Of a stretch of DNA of 50,777 bases, positions 38,804 through 50,777 are shown one piece after another; the stretch's first letter is position 1; every line of letters starts with the position of its first letter. The position numbers and the translations under genes are program-made. Source of the stretch: Octopus bimaculoides (Eukaryota). Below the pieces are notes generated by a model that ran no database searches, was not told where the DNA came from, and saw only the letters and a program-made list of their open reading frames with translations. Location: the NCBI RefSeq assembly GCF_001194135.2, contig NC_068998.1:8697680-8748456 (forward strand), read 5' to 3'.

Positions 38804-39260
38804 CAGGCAGACAGAGAGACGGGCAGACAGGCAGGCAGGCAGGCATACGGATAGATATGACATATGCGTCACTTCTAACAACGTTGCATGTATAAGTTTC
38901 TGAGTGTTTTGTATAAGCACACGCATGTTTTTGTAATGTATGCATACACGGAAGATGCACTAAAATAATTTGATACACTCTTTGGGTGTTTATACTTCCA
39001 ATATCAATTAAAATATATTTAGATTTTTAATCATTCAAATTAAAGAAGACCAATACAGGCGTTTCGAGTTACTGTAAATTTTCCAACTGAGGTCAATCTG
39101 ATCCAAGTTGATGACAAAACTGGCGAATGAGATTGTAAACATCACAAATATCAATTGATATTTGGGTGCATTCTCTTCTAATGATTTTTATCTTATTGAT
39201 TATTGCCTGTTTTACGCAATAAACCCTTATTTTCATTCATTAGTTGTTCTTTCCCCACAG

Positions 39261-39410
39261 AAAAGCCCATTGGCTGAAATCTGGTGAATGCGCATGGTAT
39301 TCAGTGCTATCTGTGTTTGCGCAGTCTTCTAGTTTGGAAGATTATCATAAAGATATAATCCTTCACATCAAAAGGATATTAGGGAAATGTTCCATTTCGA
39401 TACAACTATG
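39261..39410 (+). CDS. Candidate internal coding exon (150 bp, phase 2-2), product unknown
   Basis: Acceptor ttgttctttccccacag and donor ATG|gtatgt. Only one of three frames is open: KAHWLKSGECAWYSVLSVFAQSSSLEDYHKDIILHIKRILGKCSISIQL. Confidence 0.45.
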
Positions 39411-39875
39411 GTATGTTCGTCTATCGGGGCAAAGAGGACCATTTAGTTATCTTTAAGGATGACGTATAACTTCTACACAGTCTTCACATGAATAGGTAGG
39501 CAAACCCTAATATGCTAATGAACCCACCCATAGCTGGGACCTTGGCAGGTGTTACTACTCCGGGTTCAAGTAGCCCTTGGGTCAACAGGAGTCAAGTGGT
39601 TGTACTACACTGCTCAAAATACTGGAACTTCCTAACCAAGACCCCATTAAAATCATGCCCAGAACATTACTAGAACTAAAATACCCAACGAATATTTCGC
39701 CTTATGTAAGAGGAGTGGAGGAAGGTGGAGGAGAAGAAGAAGAAGAAGAAGAAGAAAAAGAACAGCAACAACAACAAAGATGACAACAGCAACAAGTAGA
39801 AGATGAAGTAAACGAAGAAGTAACACAACAACAACAACGACGGCAGCAACAATAACAATATCCATAATACTAGCG

Positions 39876-39934
<59 letters not shown>

Positions 39935-40174
39935 TAATAAATTAGCGCAAACAAAGATTTGTGCACAAGTTTTGTGGTAATTAAATGAAGCTGAAGTAAG
40001 TGATACGTTGATCTGTTTATTAATCAATGAATTTTATCAGTTCTCCACGATGCTAAGAATATGTTTCCTCTATAATTAAATTCTAACTCACTAAATCTCT
40101 CCTTTTTCATTTAGTTTTCATTTCTATTAATTATACTCTATTATTATCATTATTATTACTATTATCATCATCAG

Positions 40175-40213
<39 letters not shown>

Positions 40214-40623
40214 GAATGTTGTTCTTCACTTCATCGTCACTTTTATTATCATTGTTGTTCTTATTCTTATTATTATTAATATTATTATTAGTTTTTGGTT
40301 TTGGTTTCTGATATTTTGTTTCAATTTCTGTTTGTCTTATTCTTTTTTTATCGTTGCATGGCAAGAGATAACAGTTGGGAAAATATCTATAACTATATTA
40401 TTATTAAACATGCAATACTTGTAATGTTACCAAGTAAACTGGAAAGAGAATTCAATTTTGAATGATGTTTAAATAGATAAATAAATGAATAAATAAAATA
40501 AATAAATACAACTATAATGAAAATGAAGCAGCATATAGAGGCACCTCCGCCTTCTCTCCTCTTCCCGCTTGAATATACACGAATACACGTGCACTACGCG
40601 CACACTAGCATACACGCGCACGT

Positions 40624-40654
<31 letters not shown>

Positions 40655-40766
40655 GACACATTCGAGCATACACACCGAGAAGAAGGGTATTGAAACTCAA
40701 AAATATAATATATATATAATATATATATGTGTGTGTGTGTATGTGTGTGTGAATATATATATATAC

Positions 40767-40807
<41 letters not shown>

Positions 40808-40840
40808 AATATATATATATACATATATATACATATGTGT

Positions 40841-40879
<39 letters not shown>

Positions 40880-41038
40880 CATATAAATATATATATACAT
40901 ACATACAAATGCATATATAAACGTGCAAGTATATTTACATATACACAAAAATTTACAAATATACATTTATTTGCACTGACATAAAATATGTACATGTATA
41001 TATAGATACCATATACATGTACATATATATAATATGCA

Positions 41039-41102
<64 letters not shown>

Positions 41103-41598
41103 CATATTATTTATTTATATATATATATATAAATTATACACACATTCACATACATATGCAAATATGAGTCGAAAGTTAAAGTTAATGATATCTTATTAAC
41201 TCACCCGGGTTAATTGTATTTTGTTTGGCATAGATTTGCAGCACATTTTATCGACACTCTTGTTTTATTCTTATATTTAAACATTATTCATTATCTTGCG
41301 AATACACTACGCATAGAGTTCATTATAGCAACAGGTGACAAAAACAGATGGTACGTTGCATGAAACTTAAGTTGATGGAAAGATTGTGAAATTAAATGAT
41401 ATACTCCATTTTCTATTTGTTTTTCGTGTGATAAAAGTAAACAAAATTGTAATATCGACTCTAATATGATAAATAAGCTAATACGTTCAAAGATTTCAAA
41501 AGCATGCCTTACTAAATCTGGTAAAAAATGATGAATGTTATAACCAGATAAATTCACGAAAAGATTACATACAATAAATGTAAGATCTTTGCACATAC

Positions 41599-41637
<39 letters not shown>

Positions 41638-41851
41638 TGTGCATGTATTATATTATATTATATTACATAGGTAGCGATAGATACTGATATTGATATATAC
41701 ATACAGATTATATATATATATATAAAAAATATATATTTAAACCTTTCCTATGCATACACGCACTTATATATATATATACATATATACTGACATATATATA
41801 TATATAATATATATACGTATGTATGTATGCATGTATGTATGTAAGTATGTA

Positions 41852-42203
41852 TACAGTGTGTCCAAAAGTCACTGATGGGTTTCAGTTATTGATAACTTTC
41901 TTAACCTTACAAATAAATGCATGAACTTTTGATACAATATAAAGGACATAATGGAAACTAATATGCACAAGTCAAATTTTGCCATACAATTACATCACGT
42001 ATGAAAAACGACATCGGTTAAATGGCAACCATTTTCGGCTCCGCATGCCCCTGCCCTTTCCAAAACTTGCACTGTAGCGCCCTCAAGAGTTTCAGACCCC
42101 ACTTCTCTGATTTCTCTATTGATGTTCTCCTTCAGTTGCACCAGGGACTCGGTTTGTTGACGTAAACACTCACTTTCAAGAAAAAATACGGGCTAATCAA
42201 ATC
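41852..42203 (-). mobile_element. Tc1/mariner-superfamily 3' fragment (maT/rosa-like C-terminus), truncated by a SINE
   Basis: TA-CAGTGTGTCCAAAAGT terminus at 41852. Minus strand encodes DLISPYFFLKVSVYVNKP/SLVQLKENINREIREV...ENGCHLTDVVFHT* (stop 41995-41997). Confidence 0.7.
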
Positions 42204-42205
42204 TA

Positions 42206-42298
42206 TGTGGCGTAGTGGTTAAGAGCGTGGGCTACTAACCCCAACATTCCGAGTTCAATTCTAAGCAGTGCCCTGAGCAATAATAATAATAATAATAA
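42206..42298 (+). mobile_element. tRNA-derived SINE head (family C) plus (AAT)n, joined to a family B tail
   Basis: tgtggcgtagtggttaagagcgtgggctactaacc...gagttcaattc shows A and B boxes but no tRNA 3' acceptor arm. Confidence 0.7.
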
Positions 42299-43171
42299 TG
42301 TTTGTTCCCCCAACATCGCTTGACAACCGATGCTGGTGTGTTTACGTCCCCGTAACTTAGCGGTCGGTTTGGCAAAAGAGACCGATAGAATAAGTACTAG
42401 GCTTCGAAAGAATAAGTCCTGGGTGTCGATTTGTTCGACTGAAGGCAGTGCTCCAGCATGGCCACAGTCAAATGACTGAAACAATTAAAAGAATAATGAG
42501 TAAAAGAGTAACTGGTTCTGTGTCGTGTTACTAATAATATATTTTGTTAGTAATTGTTAGATGCGGAGTTTCAATACAGACAGAGAGTGCTTCTCTTCTT
42601 TCTGACTCAATGGTCATAAATATGCAGAATCAGTTTGCATTGAAAATATTAGCTCTTAAATAATTTATTGAAAACTATTACATAAATTGAAGATAGATGA
42701 GTGCTCCAGAATGGTCAGAATAAGAATGGGTTAAATCACCTTAAGAAGGCTTTAGAATTAATAGTTTGAAGAAGAATTCTTAATGTTGATTTGCTTGTGT
42801 GTGTGTGTCTGTGTGTGAGGGCGTTTGCTAATATGTGTTTCCAAGCGTAGACACATTTAAACTCTGAAGTCTGAAATTGTCGACTTTGTCTATTTTTCTA
42901 TATAATAGGTGTATATCATAAGTATTTCTAATAATAATAATAATAATAATGATAACAATAATAATAACAAGAACAAGAACAATAATAATAATAATAATAA
43001 TAATGTGTCAATTTAAAACATCTTTTGAATCTCTCAACAGAAAGTTTCGCTTGTTGAGTGAAGCAAGAAATATATTTAACTGTCAAATATTTCTTCGTTT
43101 CACTTACCTCACAACATTGTAATACTGACTACTGACATCCAATTAAAATCTAACCACATACACATATATAA

Positions 43172-43220
<49 letters not shown>

Positions 43221-43859
43221 AATATACGTATCTATGTATGTATGTATACATATGTATCTGTGTGTATACTTCTGTATACATATGTGTGTATGTGTGTGTG
43301 TGTGTGCGTGTACAGTGAAATATGGTTTTCTCTCTCTCTCTATCTCTCTCTCTTTCTCTCTGTTTATTTGAGTAAAAATCAGCTTATGAAAACATACACT
43401 AATATTTTTCCAGTAAAACTTTTATATGAATGCATTTATGTGAAAACATAATTTCATCTCTTTATTGTCGCGTATATAGATATATAATAGAAATAGTTTC
43501 CCCCTACTTTATATGCCATTCTATAAAGCAGCTAGATATAGGAAAGCCCCATCCCCTAGAATTTCCTTAAAATATATCTTAGAGCTATACACGCAGCATA
43601 TGACAATCTTTAATGCAGAGGCTGAGAGGTGTTCGAGGCAGAGTTCAATACGTCTGTAACCGTTGTAACGTCGTCCTTATTGCCAAAGGATTTTTTCATT
43701 TCTTTTTTTTACCAAAACCATGTTTTAATATACAGTAATGCCTCAACATACGAGGCTATAGTAGAAGACACTTGCCCAAGGTGCCACGCAGTGGGACTGA
43801 ACCCGGAACTATGTGGTCGGTAAGCAAGCTACTGACCCCACAGCCACTCCTACGCCTAT

Positions 43860-44835
43860 ATTGTTTACTATATTCGTGGAAATGCAGCACGGCATCGTCA
43901 GTCTCGTAACATGCTAAAGCTGGCCGATGAGGTATTCAGTGTGAACTTGTTGCATCATTTTAAAACGCGTTGGCTATCGAAGGGACAGGTGTTAGCAAAA
44001 ATTTATCTTTAGGAGAACAGATAATTAAATTTTATGAAGAACAGAATCAGCAATATGAATTATTAAAAGAATAGGATCTTTTTTAAAACGGGGGCCACAT
44101 TTTTCATTAACGAAACACTTTGAAACTTGGAACACTGGTAGAATGTGTCATATAAAACATCTTTTTCTCTTAGTCTTCTTTTAAAAAAAAAGAAATCCAT
44201 CAGTTTTTCCATGTTAAAGTTGTCGTATTTCTGTAATTTCAACCAATCACTGACGTCCATTCAGCCGATATACATTAAGTGCCGACTACATAAACAAACG
44301 ATTCTGAAACAATGGAATATTTCTTTGCATATAAGATACGTGGCAAAAACCCAAGCATTTCGAAAACTTCACTATTTTTAAAACTCTTCTTCGAAAGGAT
44401 ATTTTGGATGAATATTTAGCAATTGTTAGCAAAGGTCATTGATGAAGAGGAGCATTCGGGCAAATCATTTGAAAAAAACGCAGCTGTTATAGACTTATTA
44501 ACTGGAGAATACAATGAAAGATTCACTGACTTTGAGAATCATAACATCACAATAAAGTTAGCATTTCAACTTCAATTAGTTGATGTCTCCAAGGCTCAAA
44601 AAGATATACAGATGGAATTGAACCCTCAGAAGATGACATTTTAAAATCGTTATTTGAAGTTAAGAAAGATATGATTGAAATATGGAAAAATGCAATAAAA
44701 TACGCAAGCTTTCGGAAACATGCACGGAAAATACTTCCCGCTTTTCAACCAATTATTACTACGAATCTACATTCTCCTACCTAACCAAAATCAAGACGCC
44801 CTTAAGGTCACAAATAACGGACGATCAATTAAAAT
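43860..44835 (+). pseudogene. hAT transposase fragment (Buster/GTF2IRD2-like), interrupted at about 44075-44310
   Basis: Encodes IVYYIRGNAARHRQ...LLHHFKTRWLSKGQVL (RWLS motif) and C-terminal FSTNYYYESTFSYLTKIKTPLRSQITDDQL (hAT dimerisation CESxFS-like), with stops and frameshifts. Confidence 0.85.
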
Positions 44836-45274
44836 TATCATAATTTTCCTCATTCCCCTCCTCTGCAAGCAGAAACGCTGCCCCTTCCAAACAATAGTCC
44901 ATTGTTAGGGCTGAATTTGCGGCGATGTAGAAGAAACCGTTGAAGATAAATTTTTCTTTGACTTTTGTCATTAGGTTGTTATTTATAACTTCCGCAGTCA
45001 CCTGCGGAGGCCATGTGGAACTACTCGCACATTCCAAGTAGCTCCTATCTTGACCGCACTTGCGGTCCAAGAATTCATTCACAGTCCCTCCCTCCTGATA
45101 CAGGATAATATAATCGTTATCCGCACTGGGAGGGACGTCACACCATTCTGTCAATGGCACAATTCCCGCTGGCAGAGTTCTCCTATCCGGGGGCACAATT
45201 CCGACCGGGGAGGCCTCGGGTTCGGTCGGCGGAACAACCTCCCACTCCAACACAGTGTTACCCTTTTTTGCCAT
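44825..45274 (-). CDS. Orphan 149-aa ORF (MAKKGNTVLEWEVVPP...), likely the 5' ORF of a truncated mobile element
   Basis: ATG-initiated, GC-richer than its flanks and not low-complexity. Its last codons and stop come from the antisense of the adjacent hAT relic. Confidence 0.4.
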   Translation of the reverse strand: MAKKGNTVLEWEVVPPTEPEASPVGIVPPDRRTLPAGIVPLTEWCDVPPSADNDYIILYQEGGTVNEFLDRKCGQDRSYLECASSSTWPPQVTAEVINNNLMTKVKEKFIFNGFFYIAANSALTMDYCLEGAAFLLAEEGNEENYDNFN

Positions 45275-46451
45275 GCTTGCAAAAAAGTTCAAAAAAGTTC
45301 ACACAAAAGTTCACAAAAAGTTCAACAAAAACACACACACACACACACACACAAACAAAAGGAACAGAAAGACAGAGCAGAGAAAAAGAAGGAAGGAAGA
45401 CAGTTCAAATCACAGCAACAAAATTCCGGCCACTCGGTAATCCTAGCCTACAAGTATTCCAATAAGGTATTCCAGTAAATGTAATCTAGGGCAACAGGAA
45501 CACAGAGAAATCCTTCACAAATTGCTAGAATTTTTCTCAAGTTTTTCGGAAGCGAGATACGCCCACAAAAACAACAGTTCTCGCAATTAAGTGAGACACA
45601 AAAAGTTTTTTACAACTATAGTCGCCGTGGCAGAAGAAATTGCCCAGAGCTTAGGCTGAATTTACTGAAACAAATGAAACACAATAAAACAATTCCACCT
45701 ACCTCGGCTGGTTTCTCAATAGTTCAATATTGGACGAGGTTGTAAAACATCCATCCACTCTGTTCCTAGTGTCTACCGGAAGTAGCCAACGCGCAAAACC
45801 GGAAGCAAACTACTTACTACACAGCCACTCCTGCACCTAGATACTTACTACACAGCCAACGCATTCATCTATATGCATATATATACATGTATATATTTAT
45901 GTATATACACTCACACCTATACATATATATACGTATATATACATATACGGTTACATTCACACACATAGATATGCATGTATGTATGTATTTATGTATGTAT
46001 GCAAGGAGTTATGCAAGTATCTAAATATTTATGTATGTATGTGTGTATATATGATTAGTGAAACGTTCAGGCAGATAGAACTCAAACATCATGAATGTAT
46101 GTATATTCTTTAAAATTTAATCTTCAGAAGTTTCTAGATGACTCAAGGGCCGAGAGTTACCTGCATTGGCATTTATCAAACGTCATCACAAGAGATAACG
46201 TCGTCTGCTTAAACATATTTCTTTTTTTCAATATAGTCTGGAATAGATTATGCTTGTTAAAGAATATATAAGTGGTCGTTACATAGCGCTACAGTCGTCA
46301 TACACTGGTGACATAATTGCTGATCTGGGTTTAAACTACAACAGTAATAGGGACACATTTCACCCTCGTCTGAGTGATATATTAATTACATTGTCATCAA
46401 ATTCATGCTAAATTTAACTCTAGTTCGGCACCAGCAGATCCTTAGACTTCC

Positions 46452-46483
<32 letters not shown>

Positions 46484-47186
46484 TCAGTTGAAAGCCTGTT
46501 AACAAGTTCTCAAGTCTTGCGACAAAAGAAACAGAAACTTCTTCACCTCTTGAGAGTTTTGGAGACTTTTTAAACAGAATCACTGGGGTTCCATTTCTTC
46601 ATCTGGTTACACCATATAAAGTTTCTTCTTTGTTGTTTTTCGTTTTTCCTTTCTTTCACTGGTCGTCAAAACATCACCTTAAATGAACGGAAACGGAAAC
46701 AAACACAGGTAAATAAAGAAGGTTAGGAAACAAGACCTCAGTTCCCAATTCTAATACAACACGATTTTAGAAAAATAAAATGGAAATTATGTAGAAATAA
46801 CTTGGAAAACGGGTTCTACCAGGTATATTGTAGAAGTGAGGTGATGATCGGCTGATCTCGAAAAAATATTGAAAGTATAAAAGAGAATCGGTAATAATAT
46901 TAAATATCGTCGTTATATGTGTTAAAATATTTAATAAAATAGTGAAATGGAAAGCGAAGAACACCTGCCAACAAAATAGCTGCAATAACTATCAACTGTG
47001 TACACACACAAACACACACGTACATATGTATGTATGTATGTGTGCATATATGTGTGCATGTGTGTGTGTATACACATATATATGCACATAAGTATATATA
47101 TATATGATTATATATAGATAGATAGATAATGTATATATATATATGTATGCATATATATATGTGTGTGTGTGTATATATATATATAT

Positions 47187-47222
<36 letters not shown>

Positions 47223-47271
47223 GTATGTATATATACGTGTGCGTATATATTTCTCTCTCTCTCTCTCTCTA

Positions 47272-47323
<52 letters not shown>

Positions 47324-47517
47324 GACATATTTAAGCATATGTGGCTTGGATGGCTGAAGTTTCGAAGTAACTGTCAACAACATTCTGGTTTAAGAATAAT
47401 AAATTTGCCCTCTACAAAAATATACTGTAACCCATCAGGTTAATGTGAAATTGCATTTGTTTTTTGTTGTATTGTTTTAGTGTGTTTTTTTTTTACTCTA
47501 TTATAACTGTACATAAG

Positions 47518-47735
47518 GCAGCGATCTGACAGAATTGTTAGCATGCCAGAGAAAATGCTTCGTGACATTCGTCCCTCTTTAAGTTCAAAGTTCAAATTCC
47601 GCCGAAGTCGACTTCGCCTTTTATCGTTTTTGGGTCGATGAAATAAGTGCCAGTTTCCCACCCCCGGTGGAAGGGGGCTTCATATGATCGGTTTATCCCA
47701 TCTCCGAAAGTGCTGGCTTTGTGCCAAACTTCGAA
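47518..47735 (+). mobile_element. SINE family A, diverged
   Basis: Family A head and body. Confidence 0.7.
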
Positions 47736-48079
47736 ACCATCATAACTGAACAAAAAAAATTAATATTAATATGTACATAAATCTACATATATTTATTGGA
47801 TGAAAAGTTACAAAAGCAACACGAAGGCCGACATTTTCCGAAATTCACTTTTGTACGCATGTGTAACATTTTACCCTTTCAAAAGGGGAATATATATATA
47901 TATATATATTCGACAAGGCTTTGGTCGGCCTGAGGCTATAGAAGAAAACACTTGCCCAGGGTGCCACGCAGTGGGACTAAACCCGGAACCATGTGGTTGT
48001 TAGGGAAGCTACTTACCACACAGCCACTCTTGCGCCTATATATATACATATACATATATATATGTGTGTGTGAGTGTGT

Positions 48080-48265
48080 ATACGAGGAGGCGTAGTTGGA
48101 GGTCTAACCTTCCGAATTCTTTTACAGGGCATAGAAAAACCGAAGGCGCTGCAACAAGTGTGTGTGTCTGGGAGGAGGAATATGTTGAATAAAATCATAA
48201 TTAACTGATCCTCATGGATTTTCGTTTACCCAAAGCCAGGAAGTTTCCGGCACTACCTCATGTAT
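48080..48265 (+). mobile_element. Internally deleted mariner remnant (MITE-like)
   Basis: Starts TACGAGG, contains a frameshifted GIEK...KCVxLGGxYVE-like end, and finishes ...gtttccggcactacctcatgTA. Confidence 0.55.
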
Positions 48266-48941
48266 ATATATATATATATNNNNNNNNNNNNNNNNNNNNN
48301 NNNNNNNNNNNNNNNNNNNNNNNNNNNNNNNNNNNNNNNNNNNNNNNNNNNNNNNNAGAGAGAGAGTGAGAGAGACCAATAGTCTGGTCAATATATAATA
48401 TATATGCATACATATATACACACATACATACATACATACAAGCATGCATGCATACATACAAGCATGCATACATACATACATACATACATGCATACATACA
48501 TACAAAAGCCTGTAAGACAGAATTTGATAGCATAGATGTCATTGAGAGAAAGGAACAGCTAGTCTTCTCATACTGTGTCAAGATAAATTTTACGTCAAGT
48601 CAATACAGATTTAACCTGTCCTAATGTAATATCCATTAATCTTGAGGCCGGTTGGTCATTTCTTCGTTCTGTTTGTAAAGTAGGTTTAGTTAAACCTAAT
48701 TTGTTATATACGTGGTCACCGTAAGCTGTCACAGCTCGGGCAATAACATTCAATTCCTTGAAAATATCATATAATAACATCAAATTTATATCTCATAAAG
48801 CCACATTAGGACGTTTAATATCTACTGATATCCATTATCATTTACAAATATCTAATAATATCAAAGAACTTTCTAACTAATAAACATCAAACAAGACTAC
48901 GTGATAATAATAATGATAATAATAATAATAACAACCCTAAC

Positions 48942-48973
<32 letters not shown>

Positions 48974-49179
48974 TCCTAATAATAATAATAATAACAATCC
49001 TAATAATGATAAAAATAAAAATAATAATAACAATAACGATAATGATAACAACAATAACAACAGCATCTTTAATGATAGGAAATGTATTTATACCATGCAT
49101 TGGAGTGTAATGTAAGTAGATGTACTCTAACAATAACATGAAGAAGAAGAACAACAACAATAACAACAATTCTGTCTAC

Positions 49180-49350
49180 TATGGACAATAGGCTTGAAAT
49201 TTGATGGTAGGGGACATGTGGATCACACTGACCCCAGTGTTCAACTGGTACTCGTTTCCTCGATCACGAAAGGATGAACGGTAAAGTCAACCTCGACGAG
49301 ATTTGAACTTCACAGACGAAATACCGGTAAGCATTTTGTCCAGCGTGCTA
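49180..49350 (-). mobile_element. SINE family A, diverged
   Basis: Reverse complement of family A. Confidence 0.65.
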
Positions 49351-49390
49351 AGGTGTCTTTTAAGTTGCTGTCTATATGATAATAATAATG

Positions 49391-49450
<60 letters not shown>

Positions 49451-49632
49451 GTAATAATAATAATGATAATAATAATAATGATAATAATAATGATACAGTA
49501 CCAGGCAGTGGCTCTCACAGATGGGCTAGAATAGAGGTAATAGCTTTTATGTCTAGCAGCTACACCTTTCCAGGAATGGTCAGGCGGACAAGTATCACTG
49601 ATCCTCAACCAACGCTTAATCTCTCACTTGTG

Positions 49633-49885
49633 AAGGCGAGTGACTTACTAGTCAGTGTGTTGGACTCACGAGCGTAAGGTTGTGGTTTCAGTTCCTGAAC
49701 CGAGTGTTTCATCGTGTTCTTGAACAAAAAACTTCGTTTCACGTTGCTCCAGTCCACTCAGCTGGCGAAAATAAGTTATCCTGCGGCGGGTCGACGCCCC
49801 GTCCAGGTGGGGAATATACACACCTAGTAACCGGGAAACAGGCCCTTATGTGTCGCTATGACTCGAGAAGGCAACTTTCATCTCT
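49633..49885 (+). mobile_element. SINE family E (tRNA head, ttgctccagtccactcagctgg central domain)
   Basis: Related pieces lie at about 9020-9200 and 14470-14620. Confidence 0.65.
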
Positions 49886-49959
49886 TACGTGATGGCTCTT
49901 AGTGCCACACCCTGGTTCCACGCTTCGTCTGGTAGCTAAACCAAGTGATGGGATGCTGT

Positions 49960-50300
49960 TAACACTGCATCAGTAAGCAAAAGATTCTAGATAAGGAGTC
50001 ATCGGCTAAAGCAGAAGAATCTGCTCAGGTCAGTGTCCGAATGTTGGGTACCGAGGCGTATCTCCTGTAGAGGCACACAGTTGTGGGTAACAGCTTGCGG
50101 AGTAATGGACACCGCCAAGCTAAAATGCCCATACGTTCATAATGATGACAACAAGACCAGAATCCATACCGGATCGGTCGTCGCGCGGGCCAGGTTAACA
50201 TCAAAGAATGGACAGGCATCAATTTTCACCGAAGACCGAGAGAAATGGCAAAATGTGGTTGCGACAGAATCAAGGAATGGCCTCGATGATATGATCACAC
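49960..50300 (+). mobile_element. RTE-clade LINE 3' fragment, decayed
   Basis: Encodes GRRAGQVNIKEWTG and, after a frameshift, TEDREKWQNVVA, matching the RTE C-terminal WxDNIKEWTG...EDRxxW pattern. Confidence 0.7.
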
Positions 50301-50736
50301 GGTCAAGAGATAGGAAGAAAGGAAGAATACAAATCGCTGTGGCCATGCCTGGAAAGATTTTTATCTAAACTTTGTTTAATCAAGCTTGATGTCAGAGAAA
50401 TCATTGACAACATCAAGAAAAACATGAACTACTGGTGTAGCAACAATAACAATAGCAACGATAGGATTTTTTTCCCTGTCATGAGAATTAGCTTTATCTG
50501 GTTTACATCAAGCCATGAATCTGCACACAGAGTTTGGCAGCAAAGAAAGAATTTTTTGCTTTTGTTTTATTTGTTTGTGTGTTTCTTCTACTAATGGTTG
50601 CGTAGTCGAGGATTTAGCTCCTGATACAGAAGCCAAAAAAAAATAAATAAATAAAGAAAGAAAGAAAAAGAAAAAGAAGCTTGCTACTATCAACCAATTG
50701 TAGCTTGAAAGTATTTCCTTCGTGCTGAATTATGCC

Positions 50737-50777
<41 letters not shown>

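Noticed and set aside
41291-41644. ~100-codon minus-strand ORF (MCKDLTFIV...)
   Set aside because: No motif and no good splice sites. About one ORF of this length is expected by chance in this much AT-rich DNA (rough estimate).
42206-42270. tRNA gene-like sequence (also SINE A, B, D and E heads)
   Set aside because: A and B boxes are present, but there is no complete cloverleaf or acceptor stem, and each continues into a SINE body.

Overview
Eukaryotic, AT-rich, repeat-dominated window from a gapped draft assembly, with ten N runs nearly all flanked by microsatellites. The SINE families and dense compound microsatellites suggest an octopod cephalopod, probably Octopus (inferred from recall of those repeats, not searched). 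I can recognise no host gene with confidence. Most long ORFs in the track are N-gap or microsatellite artefacts. Recognisable content: about 25 copies or fragments of several tRNA-derived SINE families; a nearly full-length decayed DD34D mariner (27.7-28.7 kb); other Tc1/mariner, hAT and piggyBac-like relics; LINE 3' ends (RTE and RLE/HERO-like); and Penelope-like element (PLE) fragments. The main signal the ORF track does not show is a set of minimal type I hammerhead ribozyme motifs in PLE-type 3' ends. Two look essentially intact (17451-17493 and 35589-35634, both minus strand) and about five are decayed. One sits in a ~205 bp direct-repeat pair spaced ~1.16 kb apart, a retrozyme/pLTR-like layout. 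Also notable: a PLE fragment with a clean in-place 5' inversion, an orphan 149-aa ORF with a long leader, and several low-to-moderate confidence exon candidates (best: 39261-39410).
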